DNA of 64,000 nucleotides, taken from NCBI GenBank assembly GCA_029210565.1, contig JARGFQ010000017.1, positions 2,798 through 66,797 on the forward strand, written 5' to 3'. The notes beneath the pieces were generated by a model. The model worked only from the letters and a program-made list of their open reading frames with translations. It had not been told where the DNA came from and did no database searches. Origin of the DNA: Bacteroidales bacterium (GTDB taxonomy: Bacteria > Bacteroidota > Bacteroidia > Bacteroidales > VadinHA17). This document shows, one piece after another, positions 27,000-36,193 of this stretch; the stretch's first letter is position 1, and every line of letters begins with the position of its first letter. The position numbers were made by a program, and so were the translations under genes.

Positions 27000-27608
27000 A
27001 TGGGCTTCTCAATCAAAGGACTTCTCTACCGGGTCTTCATTGATCCGCTGATCAACGGGCTCCGCAGGCGTGTTGTCTCAATGATAGTGCCGGGCGAGAA
27101 GGTGATCGACATTGCCTGTGGGACAGGAGCGCTGTCGGTGGCCATGTCCCGGCATGCCGGGCATGTCACAGGCATCGATTTTTCGCAGGGCATGATCACC
27201 ACCGCCCGCCGCACGGCGCAGAGACGCCGGGTCGAGAATGTCTCCTTCGAGCTGCTCGATGCAACTGATCTCTCATGCTACCCAGACCTCAGCTTCGATG
27301 TGGCAGTCTCAACACTCGCAATGCACCAGTTTGAGCCGGAGACGGCGGTAAAAGTACTTGAGGAGATGCGTCGCCTGGCAAAAAGGATAATCATTGCCGA
27401 CTACAGCTGTCCCATGACTCCGGGACCAGCTGCATGGCTGGCATGGGGCATAGAGCGAGCGGCATGGGGCGACCACTACAGTAACTTCAGAAAGTACATG
27501 GCCCGGGGCGGACTGGGCAGGCTGGCCGCGGAAGCCGGGCTGGTCATCACCTCCAGTGTGAACAGGGGAGAGGGTGTATTTACGATAACACGGATGTCGT
27601 TAAGGTAA
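27000..27608 (+). CDS. Class I SAM-dependent methyltransferase
   Basis: Motif I VIDIACGTGALS, with downstream acidic loop LLDATD. Confidence 0.8.
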   Translation: MGFSIKGLLYRVFIDPLINGLRRRVVSMIVPGEKVIDIACGTGALSVAMSRHAGHVTGIDFSQGMITTARRTAQRRRVENVSFELLDATDLSCYPDLSFDVAVSTLAMHQFEPETAVKVLEEMRRLAKRIIIADYSCPMTPGPAAWLAWGIERAAWGDHYSNFRKYMARGGLGRLAAEAGLVITSSVNRGEGVFTITRMSLR

Positions 27609-27733
27609 TAATTCAATGCTTACCGGCAATAAATAAGCGGTCGGTGCGGTTACTTCAATAGAATAACCCGATAACCGGGAGGGGAGAACTTTTGCAAATG
27701 ATTTACATACCAAATAAAAATATCTTAACTGTC

Positions 27734-28345
27734 ATGAAAAGAAATGCTCTGTTTCTCGCCGGGCTGCTTGCCCTGGTAACCCTTTTTTCCTGCTCAAAGG
27801 ATGAGGACCCCGTGAACTCCTTTAAGTTTAACGGGGAGAACTACCTGATAAATGATCTCTATCTTCTTGAGGAGATCTTCGATAAGGGAGCTGCCTCTGA
27901 AATGCATGTCTTCCAGTTTATGTTCGGCAACATAAGCAACGGTGACACTACCGTCCTTGCCGTCGCTTTGCTTGATGATGACGTCAACACTCTTGGTGGC
28001 AACTATCCGTCGCTGGGCTTTACCGAGGAGGCGCAACGGAACGTCTATCCCTTTGGCCTGTTTTTCATCAGCGGAATCAACCTGACGGGCGATACCTACT
28101 ACCTGACCGGTGATGGCGGCAGCGTCGATGCAAAGGTCCTGTCGAACGGCCTCTACTCCGTTAAGATCAACAATCTGAGTGTTGGAACTTACACATCAAT
28201 CGGTGACAACACCTCTTACGAGGAGACAGGTACAGTCTCGGGGTCATACGAGGGTGCAATCCATAAGGAAGTTGAGGTGTTAAGCTCAGGTAAAAGTTCG
28301 GTGGCGAGTGCCAGGCTAAACTCGGAACTGCAGAAGGTCAGGTAG
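27734..28345 (+). CDS. Hypothetical lipoprotein
   Basis: MKRNALFLAGLLALVTLFSCSKD lipobox. No other motif. Confidence 0.5.
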   Translation: MKRNALFLAGLLALVTLFSCSKDEDPVNSFKFNGENYLINDLYLLEEIFDKGAASEMHVFQFMFGNISNGDTTVLAVALLDDDVNTLGGNYPSLGFTEEAQRNVYPFGLFFISGINLTGDTYYLTGDGGSVDAKVLSNGLYSVKINNLSVGTYTSIGDNTSYEETGTVSGSYEGAIHKEVEVLSSGKSSVASARLNSELQKVR

Positions 28346-28349
28346 ATGC

Positions 28350-28688
28350 TCAGAGCACCCTCGTCGAGGTGACGGGCTTTGGTGCTTTCACCACCATGAT
28401 GCGTGCATTGGCGTCGGAGCTGTTGGAGAGGCAATGGACGATATCCTTCGGACTCTCCACAAGCCGGTCGATGCCGACGGTGACCGTCTCGTCGCCCACG
28501 CGCACGTCAACCGTTCCCTCAAGGATGTAAAAGTAGACATCCACGGGGGTGATGTGGGGTTTGAGTGTCTCACCGGGACTCAGGAGGATGTGCATCACCT
28601 GAGCGTTATCGTGGTCATATAGCTTGCGCACATCTACCCTGTGTGGCGTCTCAACAATACTCTGTTCTTTCCAGTCAACTATCTTCAT
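28350..28688 (-). CDS. Cupin-domain protein
   Basis: 112 aa with a small beta-barrel pattern, GETLKPHITPVDVYFYILEGTV...V..G. Confidence 0.7.
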   Translation of the reverse strand: MKIVDWKEQSIVETPHRVDVRKLYDHDNAQVMHILLSPGETLKPHITPVDVYFYILEGTVDVRVGDETVTVGIDRLVESPKDIVHCLSNSSDANARIMVVKAPKPVTSTRVL

Positions 28689-28822
28689 TATATCTCATTT
28701 TGCGGAAGGATCGCCCTTCCATAATCCCCTGTTCTGCCTTCGTGCTTTTACTGCCAGTGCGGTGAATGCCTGCTGATGCTTCACGTTGGGCGGCACTGTC
28801 ATCACCGTTGCAAAACCGTCTC

Positions 28823-29290
28823 TTACCAAGTGTAGCGGATACCCAGGGCGCTGCCCCAGCCCAGGCCGTTGACGTCGCCGAGGAAATCCCATATGGGACG
28901 TGCGTCAAGGCTGATCATCAAAGGTATGCCTTTGAAGTTATACTCAATACCTATCTGGCCTCCAAGCCCTACATTCACGTAGTGGTTATCATTATAGCTG
29001 TCATAGGATATGCTGGCTCCGGGCCCCACGAACCAGGCAAACCTTCCCGGCAGGTTCTAGACCCAGTGGTACATTCCCACCAGTGCTATTCTGCTGTTGT
29101 CTGACCTGAAGCCGAAGCTGGCATCAAGTTCCGTCCGGTGGCGGTCGCTGATACCTTTCTGGAACGAGATCTCAGCACCGTTGAAGTCGCCTCCGCCGTA
29201 GAAACGTCCTCCCAGCGCATAGGGTGTGAATTGTGCTGCGGCCAGGGCGCCAATACCGATAAATGCAATGAATAATAGAAGTCTCTTCAT
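28823..29290 (-). pseudogene. Small 8-strand-type outer-membrane beta-barrel gene interrupted by one in-frame TAG
   Basis: Signal peptide plus ...RIALVGMYHWV, then TAG (29057-29059), then NLPGRFAWFVGPGASISY...ALGIRYTW in the same frame. The C-terminal aromatic residue is typical of OMPs. Confidence 0.75.
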
Positions 29291-29384
29291 GATGAATAAA
29301 TTTTTGTTTATGCTGTCACATATATTTCACAAATCATGCCAGAGAACAAATCTAGAAAAGAATGACAGCCGGATAAAATTCCTT

Positions 29385-30311
29385 CTAGACTTTCCAGGCC
29401 TGGCATGTGGCTTTGATGCCCTCCTCCCAGGGAGTGGCTCTGATGCCGAACCTGCGGGTGAATTTTGATGAGTCGAAGAAGTAGTCGCGGTCATACTGGT
29501 AAATCATCTCACGCATCTCCTTCATGATAGGGATTAATAGTCCCAGTGGCTGCAGCATGAACTTCGGCAGGAGTGATATCTTCGGTTCAGCACCCATCTC
29601 CGAGGCGATCATCGTTATTATCTCCTTGCCTGTGACAGGGCGGCTCTCGGTGGGTAGATGCCATACCCGCCCGTATGCATCGGGGGTATTACCCAGCAGA
29701 GCCGTAGCCTTTGCGGCATCAGGGGTGTAGGTGAATGAGTGTTTGATATCCGAACCGACGAACCACATGGCCTTCTTGCCCTCTTTGAGGTTCTTCATCA
29801 CCATCTGGGTGATGAAGTTGTTGTTGTTATCAGGACCGTAGAAGTCGGCCGACCGTGCTATGAGTGCCTGAATCCAGCCTTCTTCGACAGCCTTCAGCAG
29901 CATCTCCGATATCCTTTTCCTCACCGCTCCCTTGCGGCTCGGGGGATTGATGGCGGTATCTTCGGTCATGTGAGATATCTGATCCCTGTCGTACATGTAG
30001 ACGTTGTCAAAGAAGACCAGCTTCGCACCATGCTTGGCACAGGCATCAATTGTATTTCTCATCAGCGCAGGCCATTTCTCCTCCCACACCTTCGCCTTGT
30101 ATTCAAATCCCACCACGAGGTAGACGACCTCCGAACCTTTTACGGCCCTGTCGACAGCTCCGGGCTGTGTCAGGTCGGCGGCCATGAGCTCGTCGGCTTC
30201 GTTTATCCTCACTGGCTTGCGACTCACCAGCCGCACCCTGTCGGTATATGACATCAGCTCCCTGGCAAGAAGCTTTCCTATTGTTCCGTTGGCGCCAAGA
30301 ATTGTCTGCAT
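29385..30311 (-). CDS. NAD(P)-binding SDR/epimerase-family protein
   Basis: N-terminal ILGANGTIGKLLAREL glycine-rich Rossmann motif; 308 aa. Confidence 0.8.
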   Translation of the reverse strand: MQTILGANGTIGKLLARELMSYTDRVRLVSRKPVRINEADELMAADLTQPGAVDRAVKGSEVVYLVVGFEYKAKVWEEKWPALMRNTIDACAKHGAKLVFFDNVYMYDRDQISHMTEDTAINPPSRKGAVRKRISEMLLKAVEEGWIQALIARSADFYGPDNNNNFITQMVMKNLKEGKKAMWFVGSDIKHSFTYTPDAAKATALLGNTPDAYGRVWHLPTESRPVTGKEIITMIASEMGAEPKISLLPKFMLQPLGLLIPIMKEMREMIYQYDRDYFFDSSKFTRRFGIRATPWEEGIKATCQAWKV

Positions 30312-30626
30312 GATTTTCAGGTTTTTGTTGATGCAAAGTTCATAGATGACAAATTTAAAGAGAAAATGTTTCCGGCAGACGACCTTTTTCTTTCGGTGAA
30401 CAGACCGAATGCAGAAGCGACCAGGGGAGACTAAGCGACGAGCTACTGAGGTACAAACCGGGGGAGCCTGGCGGTGGCGGGGTGTAGAGGCGGGAGTGGT
30501 TTAAATAATAACTGCTGAAGAGCGTGAATGTGTGAGAAAAACTGCTGATATTGCAGATGGCATACCGAGGTTGCCCACAGGCGGTGGGTTGGGATGCAGT
30601 TGCCGCAGACTGATGCTCATCCTGCA

Positions 30627-30731
30627 GATGCCCGCAGGAGCCAGATCACGCTGAGGTTCCCTGCAGGCGGCAGACCATGATGCTGTTACCTGCAGGCGGC
30701 AGGTCATCCTCCGGATGCCCGCAGGAGCCAG
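30627..30731. repeat. Nested short direct repeats (R1-R2-R2-R1) in a 460-bp gene-free spacer
   Basis: R1 GATGCCCGCAGGAGCCAG at 30627-30644 and 30714-30731. R2 CCTGCAGGCGGCAG at 30660-30673 and 30689-30702. More degenerate GCAG-rich copies extend back to about 30550. Confidence 0.7.
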
Positions 30732-30775
30732 GTGGCAGATAAATATTAGGAATCCGGATAAACGGAGAGACACAG

Positions 30776-31756
30776 ATGATAAATGGATTGTACACCTCAA
30801 TAACGAAACCGATAATATCCCTGTTGCTGAAGGCGATGTCGTGGATTGGCAGGAAATTTTCTCCGGGGTCGTACGGCACCTGCCACAGGGCATCATTGTT
30901 GCATGATGGACTGGAACGTACTTTCATACTGTATGTCCCGTCATCATATGACAGATCTGTTCCGATGCCGCTGGTGATTGCCCTTCATGGCAGGGGAGTG
31001 GATGGGGAGGGCATGATACTGGTCACGCGCAAGGGCTTTGACAGGCTGGCTGAAAGGGATGGATTCCTGGTGGCTTACCCCGACGGAATAGAGCTTGCCT
31101 GGAACGACGGCAGGAGGGAGCAGGAGGCTGACGACCGTGCTCACAGGGAGAATATCGACGATGTGGGCTTTATCGCTGCGCTGACAGATATGATCGTAAG
31201 AGATTACAATGCAGACCCACACCGTATCTACGCGACAGGCATATCCAACGGTGCGATCCTGTCATACCGCCTGGCATGCGAGTTATCTCACAGGATAGCA
31301 GCCATAGCTCCCGTAGACGGAAATATTCCACTGCTCTTTATCGACGATTGCTCGCCGTCGAGACATGTCCCGGTGCTGGCCATCAACAATGTGGATGATC
31401 CCGTGGTGCCCTTTGAAGGCGGCGAGATATACGGGCACTTCGGCAGGGAGATGCTGGGTTGGGTTTCGTCAGTGGATCAGTCCATAGAGTACTGGGTGAA
31501 AAAGAACGGATGCTCACCTGTGCCTGTTATCACTGAAGAGCCCGACAGGGATCCCGCCGACGGAACCAGAGTGACCCGCAAAGTTTATGTCAACGAGGAT
31601 GACGGTACCGAGGTGATCCTTTACGTTGTGGATGGTGGAGGGCACACCTGGCCGGGCGGGCTTCAGTACCTTCCCACACGCGTCATAGGAAAGACCAGCA
31701 GGGATATTGACGCCAGCGAAGTCATCTGGTCGTTCTTCAGGAGACAGAGGCTGTAA
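30776..31756 (+). CDS. PHB-depolymerase-family esterase (alpha/beta hydrolase, LpqC-like)
   Basis: ERTFILYVPSSYD...PLVIALHG...RIYATGISNGA (GxSxG) ...GGGHTWPG. Confidence 0.8.
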   Translation: MINGLYTSITKPIISLLLKAMSWIGRKFSPGSYGTCHRASLLHDGLERTFILYVPSSYDRSVPMPLVIALHGRGVDGEGMILVTRKGFDRLAERDGFLVAYPDGIELAWNDGRREQEADDRAHRENIDDVGFIAALTDMIVRDYNADPHRIYATGISNGAILSYRLACELSHRIAAIAPVDGNIPLLFIDDCSPSRHVPVLAINNVDDPVVPFEGGEIYGHFGREMLGWVSSVDQSIEYWVKKNGCSPVPVITEEPDRDPADGTRVTRKVYVNEDDGTEVILYVVDGGGHTWPGGLQYLPTRVIGKTSRDIDASEVIWSFFRRQRL

Positions 31757-31894
31757 CCGGGAGGAGACCCGGGAAGTGCAGTGCCCTGAACCAGTAGCAG
31801 GTAATAATGACTTTAGAGCTTCCTGCAGCTATAAAAATGAGTTACTTTACACATCACAATTTTGTGCCGTTTGCTGTAGACCGATTTAACGAAA

Positions 31895-33157
31895 ATGCAT
31901 AAGATGAATATTAATAAGGTAGTTCTGGTGGCCGTTCTTTTTGGCGCAATGAGCGTTGCCGCCTGTTTTGCAAAAGGTACTTCTGACCAGCCGGAGAAGG
32001 AGCCTTCATGGGTAAAGAATATCCCTGCTGAAAAAATAATTGAATGGCGCCGTTATATTCATCAGAACCCGGAGCTTTCGTATGAAGAGCTGTTTACATC
32101 TGAGTATGTCACTTCTGTGCTGGAGAGTTTCGGGAACATAGAGGTGATATGGCCCACGCCGACCAGTGTGATAGGTATTTTACGGGGTGGAAAGGAAGGC
32201 AGCACCGTTGCTTTCAGGGCTGATATGGATGCCCTGCCGGTCCCTGAGGAGACAGGACTTCCATTTGCATCTGTCAATGCAGGAGTGAGTCATGCCTGCG
32301 GGCACGATGTGCATACTGCCATGCTTCTTGGCACAGCCGCAACACTTTCATCGATGCAGAAACAGATCAAAGGCACCGTCTATTTTATCTTTCAGCATGC
32401 CGAGGAGCAGAGTCCCGGCGGAGCCCTCGATATCATCAGGACGGGGGTGCTGGATGAGGTAAAAGCATTTTTCGGCCTGCATATCGGTCCGGGCCAGGTG
32501 CCGGGCGCTGTCGGCATACTGCCCGACGGTCCTGCCTCAACCGCTTCCGACGGATTCTACCTGATCATTCAGGGCAAAGGATCGCATGGCTCCATGCCTC
32601 ACCTGGGGATAGACCCGATAGTCACGGGGGCGGAGATCGTCACTGTGTTGCAGACGATCGTCTCACGCAATGTTACACCCGGGGAGATGGCTGTCATCTC
32701 CGTGGGTAAATTCCAGTCGGGCAACGCACCTAACGTCATACCCGACAGGGCGCTGCTGGCCGGAACGGTGAGAACCATCTCGGAACCTACACGGCACCTG
32801 TTGGAGGGCCGAATCAGGACAGTTATTGATAATATAGCTTTGGCCCACGGTGCCACCTACAGCCTGGAATATACCTCTGGATACCCGGCCATGGATAATG
32901 ATCCGGCGCTTAACAGGCTGGCAAGAGCCAGTGCCATCAGGATACTTGGCAGCGGGATGGTCATGGATGTACCCCGGATGACTGCCAGCGAAGACTTTGC
33001 ACGATACAGGGAGATAGCGCCATCCTGCTACATTAACCTCAGTACTGGTCCGGGTGTGACCAACCACCATCCGGCATTCAATCCTGATGAAAGTTCCCTT
33101 ATCTACGGCGTGAAGGCAGAGGTGCAGATCATACTTGATTACCTGGACCAGAACTAA
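31895..33157 (+). CDS. M20 family amidohydrolase/aminoacylase with signal peptide
   Basis: WRRYIHQNPELSYEE...FRADMDALP...HACGHD...GKGSHGSMPHLGIDP. Confidence 0.85.
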   Translation: MHKMNINKVVLVAVLFGAMSVAACFAKGTSDQPEKEPSWVKNIPAEKIIEWRRYIHQNPELSYEELFTSEYVTSVLESFGNIEVIWPTPTSVIGILRGGKEGSTVAFRADMDALPVPEETGLPFASVNAGVSHACGHDVHTAMLLGTAATLSSMQKQIKGTVYFIFQHAEEQSPGGALDIIRTGVLDEVKAFFGLHIGPGQVPGAVGILPDGPASTASDGFYLIIQGKGSHGSMPHLGIDPIVTGAEIVTVLQTIVSRNVTPGEMAVISVGKFQSGNAPNVIPDRALLAGTVRTISEPTRHLLEGRIRTVIDNIALAHGATYSLEYTSGYPAMDNDPALNRLARASAIRILGSGMVMDVPRMTASEDFARYREIAPSCYINLSTGPGVTNHHPAFNPDESSLIYGVKAEVQIILDYLDQN

Positions 33158-33481
33158 GTGTCTGTCAATCTTAATTCCTCCTCCATGACGACCTCCCTTG
33201 ATCAACCGCGTACGATGCGACGGCTGATGGCTCTTCTCGTCAGCAGACTTGTCCTCTTCCTGCTGTTTCAGTGTCTCATAGCCCTTGTCCCTCGTTCATG
33301 GACCCGGTCAGAGGGCTACTGGCTGCTGGCGGCAACGCTGACCAACCTCGTTAGCATAGCTCTGCTGTTCCATCTGTTCAGGAGCGAGGGGAGGAGCTAC
33401 CTGTCACTCTTTCGGTTTGACCGACTTACATACAGAAAGGATATCAGGGTAATCATAACTTTGCTATCCTGCACGGGATGA
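33158..33481 (+). pseudogene. Truncated membrane protein gene, possibly the N-terminus of a CPBP-type intramembrane protease
   Basis: Two hydrophobic helices followed by RSEGRSYLSLFRF resemble CPBP N-termini. The frame stops after 107 aa at the edge of a repeat-filled spacer, and no catalytic EExxxR motif is present. Confidence 0.3.
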
Positions 33482-33504
33482 TGGATCTCGGGACGGCGGT
33501 GATG

Positions 33505-33700
33505 TTTGTAGTCAAGTCGAAAGTCTGTCAAGTCGAAAGTCTTCCTCCTACGCCACATCCTAAGTTAAAACTACGAATGTCGAAGAAGGCTTCGGACTGC
33601 GTCCGTCGGAGTCGGAGGGCAGGAAAGTCGAAAGTCAGTAAAGTCGTAATCAGGCGACAGTTTGCCGCCTCCTCCTCCGTCGGTGGCTCAAACTGCTGAC
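33505..33700. repeat. Repeat-filled spacer: exact 16-nt tandem duplication plus three short hairpin modules shared with 60479-60545
   Basis: GTCAAGTCGAAAGTCT occurs twice in tandem (33511-33542). Modules: A GCCACATCCTAAGTTAAAA (33552-33570), C ATGTCGAAGAAGGCTTCGG (33577-33595), B GTCCGTCGGAGTC (33601-33613). A further GAAAGTCGAAAGTC lies near 33623. Confidence 0.65.
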
Positions 33701-33717
33701 TGTGTAGTGAAGACTGC

Positions 33718-34041
33718 CTACTGTGCCAGGTGCGGATCGACTTTTGCCTTGAGCAGGTCAACCAGCTCGGGCTCCATGTAGTAGAAGAAATCGGGTATGT
33801 CGAGGACGATAAGCTTCTTGCTCAGATCTATGTCCGGGAACTTCTCAGTGATGAACGCCCGGTGCATGTTCTCCATCACAAAGACTTTGTCAGCCCATTT
33901 CAGCAGCTCAGCGGTGACCTGGTTGGGGGCGGTGGGGGCGATGCCGGCGGACCTGACCTTATATGCAGGATCTGCAGAGTAGACGGTCTCTGCCGTGCAG
34001 CTTCGCATCCTGTTTACCGTGCAGATGAAGAGGAGATTCAT
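33718..34041 (-). CDS. Low-molecular-weight phosphotyrosine phosphatase/ArsC-like family protein
   Basis: N-terminal LLFICTVNRMRS is the CX5R(S/T) P-loop; 107 aa. Confidence 0.8.
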   Translation of the reverse strand: MNLLFICTVNRMRSCTAETVYSADPAYKVRSAGIAPTAPNQVTAELLKWADKVFVMENMHRAFITEKFPDIDLSKKLIVLDIPDFFYYMEPELVDLLKAKVDPHLAQ

Positions 34042-34208
34042 AATTGATGATCAATACTTTAGCGTAAATATATGAAATTATTGGGAAAAACTCTCAAAGG
34101 TAATGACATGATGTTTGGTGCCATACGCTCAGTATCAGCCACAATGGTGTGAGAGCAGGATAACGGGCGGCAATGAAGTTACTTTTGAGAAGCTTTCTTC
34201 GGGGAGGG

Positions 34209-34865
34209 CTAGTCCTTAATGCATCGCACCGAGAGTCCGGAGGAACCCCAGCGATGATCCTCTTCCACCAATGCGTCAGTATAGGAGAGGGCGAAGAAAT
34301 AACCAGAGTTCGTATTGTAATCGGTAGATGTCCAGAAATATCCGTGCATTCCGTTGTGAATGAAATCAGATATGCGCATGCCTCCGGGCAGGGCTGTGAA
34401 ACCGCTGGTGTTGGTGGCCCCCTCATTCGGTGCATTCCACAGTGTAACACTCTTCATCTTTCCCCCCGCATCAGCACCCAGGAAATCTGTCAGTATCAGG
34501 ACCTCCCCGCGGGAAGGGACATGGAACCCCTGCGGACAGAGCTTGCCGGTCTGTACCGCGAAGTAATTGTACAGGCCACCGTAAATACCTGCGTTGGCCT
34601 CCAGATCGCCAAAACAGCAGTAAGCGGGTGTTAGCAGCGGTTCCCAGGCATCTCCGGTGACATTCGGGATAGCAGCGCCGTCGTTGTATTTTTTGGTCCT
34701 GAGGTTCTCACTAAGCCATACCTGGGATCCGATCTTAACAGTGGTATAGACGTTGCCGCTACCATCTCTGATCTCTTCCGCTTCCTTTTTGCAACTCACG
34801 GTCGTTGTGAGTATAATGATACTCATAACTGCAAGTACTTTCAGATTGATTTTCATTACCTTCAT
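34209..34865 (-). CDS. FISUMP-domain lipoprotein (second copy in window)
   Basis: GNVYTTVKIGSQVWLSENL...GGLYNYF...CPQGFHVPSRGE...GFTALPGG...LSVRCIKD. Confidence 0.85.
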   Translation of the reverse strand: MKVMKINLKVLAVMSIIILTTTVSCKKEAEEIRDGSGNVYTTVKIGSQVWLSENLRTKKYNDGAAIPNVTGDAWEPLLTPAYCCFGDLEANAGIYGGLYNYFAVQTGKLCPQGFHVPSRGEVLILTDFLGADAGGKMKSVTLWNAPNEGATNTSGFTALPGGMRISDFIHNGMHGYFWTSTDYNTNSGYFFALSYTDALVEEDHRWGSSGLSVRCIKD

Positions 34866-34989
34866 CCTATTATCTTTTGGTACCAGCTAAAAAACATCGT
34901 TAACCGGGTAATTATTGCATGGATTTGCAATAATATTGCTGAAAATCAGATGAATATTGGTTCGAAGTAATCCGCTCAGAAGTCTGGAG

Positions 34990-36009
34990 TCAAAATCTGC
35001 CTATGAATTCCAGGGTGAACTTGTCTGTGTGGATGGGGAGCAGGCTTTTGAAGTAGTTTTCATAGTTCAACCTGATCTCTGAATAGAACTGTTTTGCTAC
35101 AAAACCCAGGTTGAGGCCGCAGGTGAAGCGGCTGGCCCCGAAATCTCCGCTGAACATCGAGTCGCCGATGAAGTCTATTCTCGCTGCCGGAGTTACCATC
35201 TTGACCATCCGGTTTTCAGGCATGAAGTTATAGTAAGAATGGAGATATATGCCGTCATCTTTTTGCCTGGCTGAAAGGGTGTCGGTCCATTGCCTTACAA
35301 TATATTCCGTCTCGATGAAGAGATGACCGCTGTTGTATCTCAGCTCAGCGCCGAACATCGAGAGGTTATGCTCGGTGGCACCCTCCCCGTAGTAAAAGTT
35401 GGTTGCGGCTCTCACACCATCATCCCTTCCTGCGGCGAGACGTGCGGCAAAATTGGGCTTCTCGATCCACTGCGGGTTGTTGTTCCCTGTGCCGTTCACC
35501 GCCCCGGCCACCACGGAGACGGGGATCTGTCCGCGGAAGATGTACTCGGCATAAAATCCTATGTCACGCATTCCTTCGTTGATGTACTTTGCCAGGAAGG
35601 AACGGTTGGCAAAGATGTTGTCTGCCGGGCTCCGCATGTAATCGCTGCTGAAGGGTATCTTGCGCTGCCCCAGGTAGAAGTTCAGGTCGGTGACAGGAGA
35701 GAACCTGACATATGCATCGAGCATCTTCATCTGGCCTTCGTCGGAGAGATCGATCTCGAGCTTGTAGGTCATGTAGCTGTTGATCTTGCCACGGACGCTG
35801 AAGCGGGCGTTGCGCACCTCGAAACGCATCAGGGAGTTGTCAAGGTCGAACTCAACTTTTGTCTTCAGGATGCCGGCTATCTCAGGAATGAGGTCGGAAC
35901 GGACTGCGGCAGTTTCCTGTGCGGGCAGGGTGGTGTAGAGTGCCGATGCCAGAAAACATCCCAGCGCCAGCCTTCTGACGGTTATTGCTTTGAGGGTGTT
36001 TTTTTTCAA
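34990..36009 (-). CDS. Outer-membrane porin (phosphate-selective porin O/P-like)
   Basis: Signal peptide, alternating beta-strand pattern and C-terminal ...LEFIGRF. Confidence 0.65.
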   Translation of the reverse strand: MKKNTLKAITVRRLALGCFLASALYTTLPAQETAAVRSDLIPEIAGILKTKVEFDLDNSLMRFEVRNARFSVRGKINSYMTYKLEIDLSDEGQMKMLDAYVRFSPVTDLNFYLGQRKIPFSSDYMRSPADNIFANRSFLAKYINEGMRDIGFYAEYIFRGQIPVSVVAGAVNGTGNNNPQWIEKPNFAARLAAGRDDGVRAATNFYYGEGATEHNLSMFGAELRYNSGHLFIETEYIVRQWTDTLSARQKDDGIYLHSYYNFMPENRMVKMVTPAARIDFIGDSMFSGDFGASRFTCGLNLGFVAKQFYSEIRLNYENYFKSLLPIHTDKFTLEFIGRF

Positions 36010-36193
36010 AGTGTCTTTTTTCTCTCATGCAAAAATAGTCTCTTAACGATATGATATAAGTGCGGCCGCAAAAAAAGTTTGCCAGGGCGTCCCTGAGGCA
36101 CACTGGCGCGGCAATAATCTGTGACAGTTTTTGCGGTGGTATGGCTCATTATTATTATCTTGTAGCGTCCCGCCACCGAAAAGGATAACAGTT

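Noticed and set aside
19546-29059. Genetic-code reassignment of TAG as the explanation for the two in-frame TAG codons
   Set aside because: TAG terminates several well-supported genes in the same window: the HTH regulator at 9652, pxpC at 10464, the M14 gene at 59522 and ppk2 at 59621. Global recoding is therefore not supported. Site-specific explanations remain open and are reported as findings.
30540-30740. CRISPR array
   Set aside because: The repeats are only 14-18 nt, irregularly spaced and of two interleaved kinds. There are no cas genes in the window.
30501-30927. 131-aa and 93-aa minus-strand ORFs over the GCAG-rich repeats
   Set aside because: They have no signal, motif or start context, and they overlap the 5' end of the esterase gene on the other strand. 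Treated as non-coding repeat.
33478-33699. 73-aa basic ORF (…RRSRRAGKSKVSKV…) as a real small protein
   Set aside because: The ORF is built entirely from the tandem and hairpin repeat modules of the spacer. It has no start context and no plausible fold.
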